A stretch of DNA of 64,000 nucleotides from the human T2T-CHM13v2.0 reference genome, Homo sapiens. This document shows positions 15,479-31,439 of the stretch, in pieces (positions within the stretch are counted from its first letter, which is position 1; the number at the start of each line of letters is the position of its first letter). Where the stretch lies: NCBI RefSeq assembly GCF_009914755.1, contig NC_060926.1. One strand, 5' to 3'. The notes below the pieces were generated by a model. That model was not told the DNA's origin. It did not search any database and saw only the letters and a program-made list of their open reading frames with translations. A program made the translations under genes and the position numbers.

Positions 15479-17356
15479 ATTGGTGCTGTTGACAGCGAGA
15501 AAGTAAGAGATGTGGGGATAATAGGGGTGGTATAAAGTTGTCCAGAAACTAGGAATAGAAGGAAGAGATAGAGTTAAAAATGGTATCAGCCCAGAACAGG
15601 TAACAATTTGCTGGAATATAGAAAGGCTATTGTTGTTATTAACCAAAAAGACAGGGTAGAGACATTTTTAAAACAAAACAAAAAGCTTTATTGAGGTATA
15701 ATTTACATAAAGCTGCACATATTTAAAGTATACAGTCTGAGAAATTTTGACGTATGTGTACAGTCATGAAACCATCAGCACCGTTAAGATAATGAATGTC
15801 CCCATCTCCCCCAAAAGTATGTGGGGGCAGTTTCTGGTCTCTCTATTTTGTTTCATGGATCAAATCTTCCTGCCAATACCACAATGTTTTGATCACCATA
15901 GCTTTATAATAATACAGCATCTTATACAAAGGAGTCATTGATGAATATATGTTGATTTTGTTGAGCTGGGGAATGGTATTACATTGCTTACCTTACATGT
16001 CACAATTCCCTGAAACCAAATTCTTTGAATTTAGCCATTTTATCTTTAAAAGGCTGAATTCTACATCAGTCTGCTTAGTGGGGACACTCAGGTCGTGAGC
16101 TGGGATTGTTAAATACTGGAAAATGCTCCCAAGATCAGGCTTCCTTTTGTAGACTATTTCTGGGAAATGTTGAAAGCCGTTTTTGGATGGTGTAACAGGT
16201 CCCAGCTTAGAGTACATGACCGCTCGTAAATGTAACCATTCTTTCATGGAACCTTTATTGTAACTGATTATTTCATAAATCCTTGTGAATGAATCTAATT
16301 CTAGCACAGACTTCTCAGATACTATAGAGTTAATCTTATTAAGCTTCAATTTGGTGATTTTATATTTGAAGATTTAATTTTTTGAACCATACATTGGTGT
16401 TGAGCAATAAAATTCGATGTGAGGTGATTAAATGGCCTCACAATATGAAGGTGGAGTTGATATATGGGAAGTTGATGCTTGCTGCTGATAACGATAAAGG
16501 AAGAAGGTATTTTTATGCTAAGTTCTAAAATAGAGCTGATGAAAATGCTAATGAAATCAGGAGTGTCTGGGTGCTTCAGTATTGAAAAAAGAGTCTTTAC
16601 CTTTGGGAATCTGAACTATGATTGAGATTGAGATTGTTTTTAAATACTCAATTGGATATTTTTGAGATTATTTTTGGATTCCAGACATTGGATGTCCTAG
16701 TTAATTTCATTGATAGCCATCATTTCTATCATTCTGGTTTTTTTCATATAATTATGAGTTCATCATTAGGGTGATAAGAGCTAAGGGAGTAGTTGTATGA
16801 CTTTGGATGAGTGACTGTACTTCTTTGGGCTTCATTTTTCTAATTTATAAAATGACAAGATAAGCTCAGACAGTATCAAAAATTGTCGGCTCAGAAATTA
16901 CTTGACTTCTGCACATTTGTTTTAGATTTATCCTTATAGGTACAGGTACTTTTCTTATTGGTCATGACTATGAATTGATATAGTAATTCTTTTGATATAG
17001 GAAAATGAACAGATCAAGGGAATTTGTTTCAGTGGTTTTGTATTTTTATTCCTAAAATGCCATTTAATTTTCACAAGGTCCCTCCTGGTAGGGCTCTGGG
17101 ATGGGGGAAAAATATGACTATTGGAGCCTTCCCCAGTCCACAGTTCTAGAATATGACAGCTCTGAAAAGCCAGAAAACAGAAAAACCCATATATCCCCAG
17201 CTCAATCATGTCTTGAAACATTTCCAGAGTCCAGTCATTTTGTTTCATCAACAAAACAAGATGAGTCCAGCATATAACAAGATGAGCCCAATGTTAACTT
17301 TATCGAAGTTTATGAGTGAGCCTTCTCTTCCTTTCATGTACTGGTGGCACTGAACT

Positions 17357-18086
17357 GTCAACAGAAGTATGATGAGGTCCATACATTTGGAAAGGAGAGC
17401 TTTATTTTTCATAATGGGTTGCAGCCTGCAGGGTGGCCACTCTTACAGGTTGGGAAGTGTAGCCTTTGGCCAGAAGCCAGAAAGAAGCACTTTGAGGATG
17501 GGAAGAATGACAGGGACTTATGTTTTTCACAGGGTGGCCAAATAAACTTATTCAACAGGTTACAGGAGGAGCTATGAAGATTCATGAAGGAGTGGCATGT
17601 GCATGTGTAGTAGGAAAACATGTATGCAACATGGGTCCCATGTTCACTTTTATTTGGAGACTTAACATTTAAATGTATTATAATTAGGCCCTGTACATCA
17701 AAGGGTGAAGCAGAGGATATGAAGGCTGTGTGCAGCCTTAGTAGCCTGGCCAGAACCAGAACCACTTCATGGTTGGTGGTCTCTCGTTGGGGAAGGAACT
17801 TTGGTTGGTGGTTGTGTTGAAATTGCAAAAGAGAGGGGCAGGGGCAGGCTGTGGTTATCAGCAGTGAAGCAGTGGAGTGAATATTTCAAAAGGGCTGGCT
17901 TCTGTTTAACCCTTGGGGAAGAAAGCCTAATGCTGATTGGCGAGGGAGGGTGTATGACCAGGCGTTTCCAACTTCCCAATCTGTCCTGGGCTGGAACTCG
18001 GTATTTAACATTTCTCTGGGGTCTCCTTGGCCACGAGGGGGTCTGTTCAGTCATTCGGGGGGTTAGGATTTTATTTGTATTTCTTG
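17357..18086 (-). mobile_element. Solo LTR, probably ERV1 (MER4-group-like)
   Basis: ~730-nt unit beginning with TG; contains ctttatt (minus-strand AATAAA), gggttgcagcctgcagggtggcca and ccttggccacgagggggtctgttcagtc motifs that I recall from ERV1 LTRs. Subfamily not determined. Confidence 0.6.
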
Positions 18087-19330
18087 GGGCCTACCTTACC
18101 TTGCTACCTTCAAAGGAATTTAGCCAGAACCTGAATAGAAGTTGAGGTAGAGTAAATGAACTGAATTGGACTGGCTGCCTTATTTTCTTTTGGCCCACAC
18201 TGACTTCTTTTTGTCCCATTCTAACTTTTATGACTTTAAATGTGAACATGCACCTTACTTACCTTGGGTGTGGCCTAGGAATGGCAGTAGTTCATCATCG
18301 TGCACAGCCACTCCATGCTTGAGAGATGGGGGTAGGGAGGTGGAGAGGTAGGGATGACTCCCTGTATAGGCAGGTAGAAGCAGCAGGCCACATCTTCCAT
18401 AGATTTCATGACGGTGTGGTCTTTTCTCCTGGGTTGGTCATTGATACTGGATCCCATGGTCTAGTATGTACTACTGGGGGCATTATCAGACTCTGGGACA
18501 GTTATAAATAAAATTTCAGCAGCAAACTGATTTTTTTTTTTTTTAAATAACAGTGTCCTGAAATTACTGGAAACTTTTGAACATGAAACCACTAAATATA
18601 TGAACTTTGTAGTGGTAAGAAACCTCACAGTTAAAACCCCTTTGTTAGGGGTATTGTTTTTATCCATCAGGCACAAACTCAAAATCTCCTTTTAGATCTC
18701 CAAGGACAGGAACTGGCTTCAGAAGTTATAGCTCTGGTTTGGGAGAAGAAATGTCTAGCTCTTATTTTGGAGGAAGCCCATCTTTATACATATCTATATT
18801 TTTACTCTTCCTCAATTTACATGGGATCTAGGCATAAAAGACAAAGTGTCCTACTTTGACAGACCTGGAAAAGAAGAGGAATTCATTCTCTTCCCAGGGT
18901 GCCAGAGCTTCTGGCTCAGCAGCGTTTTCCTACCAGGAGCTGGTGTAGGCTGTGAATTCCATGTGGAAGAGATGGGTTTTACTTTGTCTTTCTGCAGAGG
19001 CTGGACAAGATGTAAGATACACCTGGTCAGGCTCAGGAAGGTGTTTCTCATCCTTCTCCTACACTGGACTAAAGACAGTGGCAGAACACACTCAACTTAA
19101 AGATTGCATGCTTTTCTCACCCAGTGTCTCCATGCCATTAGAATAGAAAAGGAATATAGTGAGGAGTGGTTTTGGTAGGCAGATCTTTGGCAGTCGGAAG
19201 TAAAATGGGTTTAACAAGGACCTCCATGAAGGTAGAGTCAGAAATAGATACTTGTCAATTTTCTTGCTGTTGACATACATTCTGCAGTATTGTTGACACT
19301 GGAGTCACTTGACATGTACTATTGTTGAAC

Positions 19331-19708
19331 TTTTTTAATTTTTAATTTTTATTTCAGTAGGTTTTTGGAGGACAGGTGGTGTTTGGTTACATGGATAAGT
19401 TCTTTAGTGGTGATTTCTGAGATTTTGGTGCACCCATCACCTAAGCAGTGTACACTGTACCCAGTGTGTGCTCTTTTATCCCTCACCCCACTTCCCACCC
19501 TTTCTTCCAAGTCCCCAAAGTCCATTGTATCATTCGTATGCCTTTGTGTCCTCATAGCTAGCTCCCACTTATGAGTGAGAATATACGATGTTTGGTTTTC
19601 CATTCTTGAGTTATTAATACTTCACTTAGAATAATAGTCTCCAATTCCACCCAGGTTGCTCCGAATGCCACTATTCCATTCCTTTTTATGGCTGGGTAGT
19701 ATTCCATG

Positions 19709-19746
<38 letters not shown>

Positions 19747-20150
19747 ACATTTTCTTTATCTACTCATTGACTGATGGGCATTTGGGCTGGTTCCATATTT
19801 TTGCAATTGCAAATTGTGCTGCCGTAAACATGCACGTCTTTTTCATGTAATGACATCTTTTCTTTGGGTAGATACCCAGTAGTGGGATTGCTGGATTGAG
19901 TGGCATATCTACTTTTAGTTCTTTAAAGAATCTCCACACTGTTTTCCATAGTGGTTGTACTAGTTTACGTTCCCACCAGCAGTGTAAAAGCATTCCCTGT
20001 TCATCACTTCCATGCCAACATCTATTTTTTTTTATTTTTTTTATTATGGCCATTCTTGCAGAAGCAAGGTGGTTTCACATTGTGGTTTTGATTTGCATTT
20101 CACTGATAATTAATGATGTTGAGCCTTTTCTATATGTGTGTTGGCTATTT
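19331..20150 (-). mobile_element. 5'-truncated LINE-1 (old L1PA/L1PB-like) 3' fragment: end of ORF2 plus 3' UTR
   Basis: Minus-strand translation LLHCWWERKLVQPLWKTVWRFFKELKVDMPLNPAIPLLGIYPK matches the L1 ORF2 C-terminus; T-rich tail at 19331. Confidence 0.93.
19714..19745. repeat. (AC)16 microsatellite inside the L1
   Basis: Read directly from the sequence. Confidence 0.95.
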
Positions 20151-21214
20151 ATATTGTTGTTGAATTCTTATGGTAAGGTTGATGCCAAACTACAGGCACT
20201 CAGCAGTTTCTAGTGTACTTCATATTTGCTACCAAATTTCAGGGCTGATACCTGGTTCCATTTTTTTAGCCCTCAAATGTTTACTGAACAGATAGTGATA
20301 TGATGAGTGAATGACATCAATAACGACATAGGTGGGCACTCAGAGTGTACTGTGGAACATCAAAAAACCACGGTTGGAGTCATTGTCTTTCAACCAGTGG
20401 AAGCCTGTGTTTCTGCGCTGGATTCTGGACAGGGCTCTTTGTTTTCTCTTAAGGTGCTAGGCTGCACTCTGGTGGCTAAACAAAATATGCACACAGTTAC
20501 TTGCTCATTTGGTCAATTGCTCTTAAAGACCATGTTTGCATTTCAGCGGATGGGTTTCTATCCCAAGTAGCTTGCTTCAACTTTTGTTTCAAGTAGAGCT
20601 TTGAAACTTAGAAACTAAATATAGATCATGCGGGAATGCTGGCTGTCAGAATCTTCTTTTCTAAGGTGGATTTAGACTGTTGTTCTCAGATGATCTTAAA
20701 TAATGAGCTAGATTACTGTCTGTTTGGAAGGAACAGGTGTGAAAAGGCAAAGGAAAATAGACTGGTAGTAGTAATGAAAAGTTATGCTGAGAAACCTTCA
20801 TCAAGAAGCCCTTTGGTAATTCATAGTACATTCTTATTTATTCGATTTTCTGTTTAATTGAGGACTACATAGAAACACCTTTTTATTTCAATCCTTGTTT
20901 ATAGAAACATATTCAAGGCATTACACTACTTGTCTACCTGAATAAGCACACTATAGAGAACATTAATGAAGTTTTGATTTGAGTTTTTATAGGAATTCAG
21001 CATCACCTTTCGGAGCATTGGGTGTCGCTGCTGTTACAGAGATGTAAGGTGTAAGACATTGAATGGAATACCTTTTTGAAGTTATCTCCTTTTAAAAATC
21101 TTCAGTGTTTCTTCTTATGCTGTCATTTCTCTTTCTAAAAATTGATGGTAATGAAAAACCTAGTTAATTGAGGATTATATTTAGTAGGGGGTTTCAACTG
21201 AAAGTTTCACCTGA

Positions 21215-21670
<456 letters not shown>

Positions 21671-21964
21671 TGAGGGACTGCTTTGTGTAAGCTTGGCCTC
21701 CCCAGGTGATGGCAGCCCAGGTCTATTCCTAGGGCTACATTTTGTTGTGTGAAATAGATGAATTCTGTTGAGTCCGTTCCCTTTTTCGAGGATATATCTA
21801 TCTACCCATCCATAGATGGATGGCTAGCTAGCTAATGAATGTAAAAGATTGGGTGGAATCTCTAAAACTCCTGTAAGTAAGGCAATATTCCCTCATCTTT
21901 TAATCTCTACCATAGGTCCACTTTAATATGGAAAAACAGAAACTACTACTAATAGTAGTAGTAG

Positions 21965-22170
21965 CAGGTGGCATTTTATTGAGTGTTTACTATGTACCAT
22001 ACACTGTGCTAAGTACTTCACATGCATTTTCTCACTTAATCTGAAAAAAATCCTGGTAGGCAGGTTTTATTATTATTCCTCAGATAGGCAGCTGAGATTT
22101 AGACTAAATGTCTGTCCAAACACCTACAGCCCGTGAATGACAGAGCTAGGACTCAAAAAAATGTGTGTGA
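21965..22170 (-). mobile_element. MIR SINE fragment
   Basis: cattttattgagtgtttactatgtaccatacactgtgctaagtacttcacatgcatt... Confidence 0.7.
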
Positions 22171-24754
22171 ACCCAAAACCCATGTCTTCAAGGGCTTTTC
22201 AAGCCCGAGGGTACATTTCACTTGCCTATTGAGTAAGGCTGCTCTTCTTCCTATTGGAGTGGCATTTTCAGTTTAATAAGGTAGCTTCAGAAAACAGCAA
22301 CCCAGTTTCTGGGCTACCACTGATATCTGAGCTTGGTATTTGGGTCTGACGTTTCCAGGAGGGGTCTAGTTGTATACTACTTGCTGCTTTATGCCAGGCA
22401 TTAAAATAGGCTGTCATTTGGAGTAAACAGGAAACAGATACCAACATGGATTGGTGTGTCAAATAATACTGAGGCGGACAAAAGCACACTTTATTCTGGT
22501 ATGCTTTTAACCATAATAATGTGTAATCATAGAAACATCTCCAACCTCTCTGTCTAAAATGGATCCACAAGGTTCCATTTTATAACCAGCATAATAAGCA
22601 GAAATGTATTGAAAAGATTATTCAGTGCTAATATGTGATAGTAAAATTGATATATTCATACATTGTTGATAAAAGTATAATTTGGTCAGTCCTTTTGGGA
22701 AGCACCGTGGAAATCAGAAACCATAAAAATGTAAGTATAATTTAGTCCAGTAATTTCACTGACAGTATTTTTCATTGTTAATGAAAATGAAAAAAATTTA
22801 TTTCATATGGTATTCTCATTTCCTGATTAAAAATATTAAAAGCTTTTATGCAAGGTATTGAAGACAGTGTTATTTTGCATTATAATAAAATAAATTGCCC
22901 AAATATCCATTGATAGACTAATAAGATAAAGTTACATGGAATAATATTATGCAGCTCTTATAAAAAATGTAAAAACCTAGCCATTGGGAAAGTCTAATGG
23001 TATAAAGTTAAGTGAAAATGAAAATGCTGAGTTGGATTTATATTGTGCTTTGCATTCCTGCAGCTAAGACCAGGAATATCAGGGGGAAATAGTCCATAGA
23101 TTGGTTTATGGTTTACACCACTTTTTCTGGATTTGCTTTAGAACTTTATTTTTTTATGATTATATAGTTGTTATTTATAAAAAATTAAAATAAAAATGAT
23201 ATGCATTAGGCAACAGTGTACCTCATCTGTGATTTCTAGGTCATCTATGATACCAAAAGCATGTGTTTTGGCCAGCCTGCCTCTAACATTTCGGGGCCAA
23301 GGCAAGGGTACTCATGGAGACCCCATGGCCTGCAGCCCACCCTCTTCTCTTTCAAGCTGGACATACCAGCTCCATGTCCAACTCCCTTTTGCACCCGGTG
23401 TGAACTGATGGAACTGTTAGATGCCGGCTGCCATTTGTTTAAATGGGTGAGGAAGAGGTAGTGCCAGCCCTGGCCTTCAGACCTGGAGTAGGAAGTTTCT
23501 AGGTCCCCAGTACTCTGAGGGTGGTCTATAGGGGACATAGGTTCAGATGGACATGTTCCTTTGGCCTGTGAACTCTTTGCTTAGTGGAGTAGGGTGTAGC
23601 CAGAGGAGGGCCCAGTGGGGTGCTCTGAATCGTCCAGGTCTCAGACTGACACTGACTTTGCTGTATGAGATCAGAGTCGAGAATATTATGATGTGTTGAG
23701 TTTAAAGAGTACCTGTTCTAAAGTTCTCTTTCTGCATCAGCAACAAACACAGCTTCCATTAGGTGGAGGTTTGCACTCTGCTACAATTCATGCATAGCAA
23801 AGATTCGACCATTATTTCCTGAGGTTCAAAAGTAACAGAAACCATGGCTGTTTATATTCTGATGTGATCTAAGGAATCTGACACAGTCTTTCCAGCTGAA
23901 ATGCTATCTTCTTTGTTTACATTCATCCTCGTCACCAAAAACTGTGCTTATAAGATGACTGTTCCAACGGAGGAGTTGTGTTTTCTGGAGAGGTTATTTC
24001 ATTAGATTAAAGCTCAGTCTCCAGGGTCTTCCTGCCTAAAGCTGAGCTCCCCAGATCTGGAGAGGGGAGTGTTCTGTATATATTTTCCATCTGCCTAGAA
24101 GTTACCACTGTCCCTGTTCAGCCAACAAGCTCTCATTCATCCATTCATTTCACGAATATTTATTAAGCACTTACCCTCATGGAGCTAGCAAGTAAAAAAG
24201 ACAAGACAAATGATGTAGACATTAGGTGCTGTAAGAAAGTGTTGGGGCCTGAGTGATAAGGAGCTAGCCAAGGTAGTGTGTGTGTGTGGCATGTGGTGGG
24301 GTGGTGATGGTGGGGAGGGAAAGCTTCCAGGGAGAGGAAAATGCAAAGGCCCTGAGATGGGAATTGGTGTGTCTGAAGGACAGAAAAAGGGAAGACCTAA
24401 TAATTGAATGGTGAAGATGGAATCCAGAGGTGCATGTTCAATGAATGAGGCCTTCAGCCCTGCACTTTTCCCAGCCCCTTTCTCTCATGCATGCTTTTCT
24501 CTGAGAAGGGAAACCAGCTCGGCCTTTGGCATCTCATGTTAACTGGATGGTGAGGAGGGGCCTGCCATGAGTGGTGTCTGTGGGGAATGAAGCCGAGAAG
24601 CACAGGGAGAAGCAGAGGTCTGTCTTGGTATGATTCTGAACACCAAGGCAAGGGTAAAATGGGCACCATTTGGTTGTGGCACTCAGAAAAGGGACTCAGG
24701 AACCCCTCCTCTCTCGCATTTTCCTACCAGACAATTCCAGGCCAGCCTGGATGA

Positions 24755-25018
<264 letters not shown>

Positions 25019-25063
25019 TAGGTCTACTGCAAACAAAACCATAACTAGAAAAAAAGGAGCGAT

Positions 25064-25368
25064 TTCTTTTCTTTCTTTCTTTCTTTTTTTTTTTTTAAGA
25101 TGGAGTCTCGCTCTGTTGCCCAGGCTGAAGTGCGGTGGCATAATCTCAGTTCACTGCAACCTCCGCTTCCCGGTTCCAGCGATTCTCCTGCCTCAGCCTC
25201 CTGAGTAGCTGGGACTATAGATGCGTGTCACCACACCTGGCTAATTTTTGTATTTTTTAGTAGAGATGGGGTTTCACCATATTGGCCAGGCTGGTCTTGA
25301 ACTCCTGACCTCGTGATCTGTCTACCTCAGCCTCCCAAAAGTACAAGAGTCAGCCACCGTGCCCAGCC
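25064..25368 (-). mobile_element. Alu (AluS-like), antisense
   Basis: Full length; TSD aaaaggag(c/a)gatttct at ~25052-25067 and 25370-25385. Confidence 0.93.
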
Positions 25369-26250
25369 TAAAAGGAGAGATTTCTGAGAGACCATCCCCA
25401 CACTGAATCTGCTCATCTTCCCATTTCCTCACAGTCCACCCAGTTACCCAAATCAGAATCCCCTGCTCCCCACCTCCTGACTCTAGTTGGTCACCAGAGC
25501 CGGTCCATTTCACCTGCCAGAGGCCCCTCTGGTTCACTGTCCAGGTTAACTAAGGACTGTGGCTACATCCATCTACCCATGCCCACCCTCAGTCTGCTCT
25601 GGGCCAGCCACTGTGTGGCATCCTGAGGGATGATTCTAAAATTCACATTCTCTCTCTGTCCAAACGGACACTTCTAACCCTTCCATGGCATCCTGTTGCT
25701 CTTAATATAAAGTTTGAACTGCCGTGGCTTCCCTGGCACCCCCTTGAACAAGCTCTACCCTTTGCCAGCCAGCCTTGTGATCTCCTGAGCTTAGGGAAGT
25801 GCCTCGCACATAGGAAGCACTTCATAAATATTAATGAATATAAGCAGAAATTCAAGAGAAGGGTCTAGAAATGCAGAAAGTAGAACAGGATTAAGAATGT
25901 ATGTGCCATGCAATGTGAAACTAGAACATATATATTATGGGTTGCAATGAAAATTGTTAGAATTTTCTCAGAAAGCCATTTGAAAATACATATTAATAAC
26001 TGTAACATTTTTCATACCTTTTGATCATCACACCTCAGATATTCATTGCAGAATTTTAGATCAGCAAAAAAGAGGAAGCCATCTAAATGTCTAATAGTTA
26101 ATACACTATGGCGTGTTATTTAATAGAACTTTTTCTTCACATGAAATACATGAAGGTGTGCAGCAATGTTTATGATGCAATGTTAGGTGAAAATCACAAT
26201 ATATCATTGTATTCTTACTATGGTTATAACTATTAAAAATGAATGGATGC

Positions 26251-26620
<370 letters not shown>

Positions 26621-27608
26621 TTATCAGTATTTATATCCTTTATTGTTGTTTTACAGTTTGCTCAGTAAATGCAATTTGTGTCAGACGCCAAGGCAAATTT
26701 AAAAAGAAAGAACATACCCACTCTCTGCTCTAACCTTGTAACATGTTCTTTGTGTGGTAACACATGGCATGTTAGGAGTAGGTGCACCATCAAAACTGCA
26801 CATGGAAAATCATGTTTCTCTCTTGCATCCGGTGGTTCCTGCAGTGGGGCCACTGAGTTGAAATAAAATAGAGGCAAGAAAACCTGAAGTGGAACAGACT
26901 AGAGAGAAATAATGAATTGAATGTCACTGTCGTAAAGCACTCTGCCCCCTGGCACCCCAGCTCCCCAGCTGGGGCTGCCCATTGCACCTGGCTGGCATTT
27001 AGGGAGCACCATCGACCAAGCATATGCTGAGACAGGAGTGCCACACTGCAGCCCTGCCCCAAACATGGGGCCTTCTGGTTTAATCTCAAAAATGTTATGC
27101 TATCTTTCTGTTTCCCGTGTTCCCATCCTGGAAACAGAGTATGTTTTCCTGCCCCAGATTCTTAGAGAATAAACGCCTACCCATGGGAGGTAAATTAGGT
27201 CTTCCTAGAACTCCCATCATGGCATGGGTCCACAGGCCACCTAACAGTCACAGAGGGCTTTATCATCTGTAAGGCCCGTTCATGCACATGACCTTGGGCT
27301 GCTCACAGAGACCAGGTGGGAAACAAGCCCTCCCAGGTGTGCGGTGACATAAAGCCAGAGTGCAGTCCTAGGAGGGCCGCCCCCAGTGAGCATTGTCCCC
27401 CAGTAAGCATTGTCCCCTGCAGTTGTCGCGCTCCCCCGTGGAAGGAATGCTTCAGGAGGGGGCAGCCTTGGCTTTAGCCAGAAGTCCTTGCCTGTTCCTT
27501 TATGCCATGGTTGTAATTGCTGATATAAGCTGATGTTTCACTCTGTTGCCATTTTTCTTGCTTTTTGTTTTTTAATTTTTGCTTTTGGGTGTGAGTCCCA
27601 CCAGTTAA

Positions 27609-27785
<177 letters not shown>

Positions 27786-28745
27786 TAGGAAAATCTGTCA
27801 CCTTCAGATCCGTATATGGCAAGGGACAGGGGAGGGGCTGTTGTTGGGCATTCAGAGTCGATCTCAGAGTATAGCCTGGCTTAGAAATGAACAAGTCCAG
27901 AAACCCCAAGATGTCTGTAGAGAATGGTTAAGTTGCGTTAATACCTTTGTCTTCACCATTCCTGATGAAGAGGGAAAGGGTAGCACCCCCAATCACTGCA
28001 TGGGCTCTTTTGTCGGAGTTAACTTCTAAGGATTTCTTCCTCCAACCTTTACGCAGAACACACCAAATTTGAGTTTCTATCTCAAACATAGAGATTTTTC
28101 TTTTGGTCACATTTTAAACTGTAAAGGAAAATTGATTGTGGAGTAAGACTTTTAGGTGAATAAAATGAGACAGGAGAAGATGTAGGATTTTGATTAGTTG
28201 TAGGCAAACTATGAGCCTCATTGAGTCAAGGTCCACAGTTAAAGACGTCCACGGCATGCCCTTGCTCCAGCCAGCAGAATAAAATCATGCGTCGTGGGAG
28301 TCCCTTTCCTGTTTTCAGAGTGCTGTTGCCAAAAGGTCTCCTTTGGACATCATCATAAATCTGTGCAGTGGGCAGGGCAGGGGCTTTTATCTCAGTTTTA
28401 CATGTGAGGGAGTGCAGCTCACACAGGTTACAGGCTTATCTGGAGGTTACGTGGATAGGGAGAGGTTGGTGCCCTCTGACTGACCTGGCTGGAGAAGCTC
28501 AGGCTGGGCTGTAAAAGGTCAAGGGAACACTTTTTATTTAGTTGGTGGGCTAATTGGCTTCTAGGGCCAACTTGGTTTGATAACAGATCTTGGGTTTTGT
28601 TATCCCAATAAAGCAAGGCCGGGTCCTGGGGGCAAAACAGCCAGAAATGCCCCCAGTTTTGGGATCTGACATCTGAGGGACACAGGGAAGGAGGTAGGTC
28701 CAGATCCAGGGCTTGTCACAGAGTGGGCTGAGTGCCAACGAGTAG

Positions 28746-28886
<141 letters not shown>

Positions 28887-29206
28887 TGAGTCGGCCCAGG
28901 GCACCAGGGGTGTGGGGGTGGTCATGCCTCGGTCCTCTTGGGGAAGCCTGGAAGGATGTGGCTCTTAGTCGAGGGCCCTGCTCACCTTGCCCTGTGGGCA
29001 CTGCCCTGGTGACACAGCAGGCTGGGCGGGCTGCTTCCAAGGTCTGTTCTCCGATCTGGAGCTGAGCCTCCTGGAGCCCTGGCATGGCAGGTGGCAGGCG
29101 GGCCCAGCTGCCTCTCCTAGTCCCCGAGGGCCAGGGTCACATAGGTGATTCCGCTGGATGGACGCATGCCCCAGTAGATGGGGGGGAGCATCTGTAATGA
29201 AAGCAC

Positions 29207-29208
29207 CA

Positions 29209-29247
<39 letters not shown>

Positions 29248-29252
29248 AAAAA
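29207..29252. repeat. A-rich tract, poly(A) plus (GAAAA)n
   Basis: Read directly from the sequence. Confidence 0.9.
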
Positions 29253-30664
29253 ATTTGGTCCTGACTACAGGATTCTAGTAGGTTAATAAACACTCGAGAG
29301 AAGACAGCACCACCGCCTCCCCTTCTCCCCCTACACATACACGCTCACTGGGCAACCCAGCCACCTGGTTCCATGTGCTCACTTCTTAGGGCCCCACACT
29401 GTCATGTGTCTGTGCAGGTAGAGGTGCCAGTGACCTGTGGCACTGCCACCAGGATGGCATCATTGCAGTTTCTCTCAGGTGACACCCCCTCATGTTGTGC
29501 TCCTGCCTTGTCGCAGCCTCTGACATGCCCTCTGCTCCTTCAGAATAATGTTTTCAAATGCTCTGCATAAAAGACCTGGGATTACAAAGAAAACCAATTA
29601 TATTGAAATGCTGACCTCCCCACCCCCACCCCACCCAGGGTCTACACTGTTCCCTCCCCTCCCGCTTTCTGTAGATGAAGAAACAGATTTCTATATGGGA
29701 AGCAAGGCGAAATGATTTACTTAAGGTCACATTGCTAAATAGGAATCAGATTGGAGTTAGACTTTAATTCTCCAGACTACTGATCCAAGTCCCTTTTCAA
29801 TGTGTGTGAGCCGCTCGAAAGGTGCATTTGCATTTTAAAAGAGGAGAATGGTAACCCAAGCAAAAGTCTAAATGGTGTGACCCAGGCTCGGTGCCCAGTT
29901 CCTGAAGGAAGGCACTTAGCCTCCTCCCTCTTTTTCTCCTCTTCGGCCATCCCCTGCTGTTGCCATGTTGTGCTTTTCCCCTTCAGGGATATCTCACATT
30001 CGTTATTCTGATTAATCACCCTCACAGATTCGACTGGAAGGGAGGGGGAGGTTGGAGGGAAGGAAGAGGGAGAAAGAGGGTTGGTTGGTGAGTGAGTTAG
30101 GTGGAGGGGGAAGCTTCCCTGGCTTGTGCCTTTCAAATGGACTCTGGGTTTTCCTTCTGGTAGTGCATAGCTGTTCCTTTACAGGCGCTTAGGCGTGGCT
30201 CTAGGAAAGGTTTTATGAGTCCTGGGCTGATGTAAATGTTGACCAAACACCCTCAACCAGATGGCGAGTTTCTGTTTGCAGCAGAGCCCAGGCTGTCTTT
30301 TCTTCATAATTCTCTCTGTGCCCACTCCTCGAGGGCAGGAACTGTCCCTGTATCAGTGAGGCATTCGGACTTGGGAGATGTTTTTAGAACATCAGACCAG
30401 AAATGAGGGAAGGTGGAAATGGCCAAATCAGGTTCCCCAAGTGACTGCATGCCATCCGAGGGGCCGAGGAAGCAGAGTTCTTCTGACATGGGCTCTCTGT
30501 TTTAAAATATCAGCCCTTCTCCCATCTCATTATTTTTCCCCTGAAGCTCTTGCACAAGCAAACTATAAATACATCCTCAAAGCCTTATGTTTCATGACTC
30601 TTAGATGCACCCCAGAAATTAGTTTTCACTTGGGCACGGAGGAAGCTGTGAGGCTGTTCTGTGA

Positions 30665-30901
<237 letters not shown>

Positions 30902-31097
30902 TGAGTGCACTCTAAATATTTCCTCTATTTTCTCTCATCCCCATGATATTCTGGTTAGATTGGGCTAATTTAAAAACAGACAATGGCTATTTGTGTGCTT
31001 GTTGGTGGGTTTTGTTGATTTATCTGTGGATGCAAATAGTATCTGCTGAAATCTCTGAGTCCCCTGTGGTGGTCTATGGTTCCTTTTTGTTTTTCAG

Positions 31098-31158
31098 ATT
31101 GCTCAACGATAAAAGGGAACAAGCCAGAGAAGACCTCAAAGGGCTGGAGGAGACAGTG
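31098..31158 (+). CDS. KIF5C: KIF5C coding exon 21 (61 nt)
   Basis: tttttcag|A TTG CTC AAC...ACA GTG|gtatgt; LLNDKREQAREDLKGLEETV (start of the kinesin light-chain-binding coil). Confidence 0.96.
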
Positions 31159-31439
31159 GTATGTCAAGATATTTCCCGATTTATGTTTGTCTCCAAGACC
31201 GGATTCATTTGTGATTTGTCGGATTATTTCAAAATTTTATCCATGCACACCTTTCTGTGTAATGTTTTAGATAAGACATTCTATGGAAAAGTAGGATTTG
31301 TAGAATTTAGTCCTCAACTTTTCACAGAATCAGTCAACCAATCCATCTATCCTTAGAGCAGTAACCTGGAGCCCCTGAGTGAGGATTAAGCTGAATTGCA
31401 ACTTAGCAATTTTACAGCCCTGCACTTTGTGACATACTT

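Noticed and set aside
19760-20053. ORF resembling a retrotransposon protein
   Set aside because: Frameshifted C-terminal remnant of L1 ORF2 in a 5'-truncated element; not a gene.
29207-29252. A-rich tract as a possible retrocopy tail or transcript end
   Set aside because: No upstream retroposed body or TSD seen; more likely a simple repeat and an oligo-dT internal-priming artefact site.
30943-31356. 137-aa ORF spanning exon 21 with intronic read-through on both sides
   Set aside because: Strong canonical splice sites bound the 61-nt exon, and I see no poly(A) hexamer next to the read-through stop, unlike intron 13.
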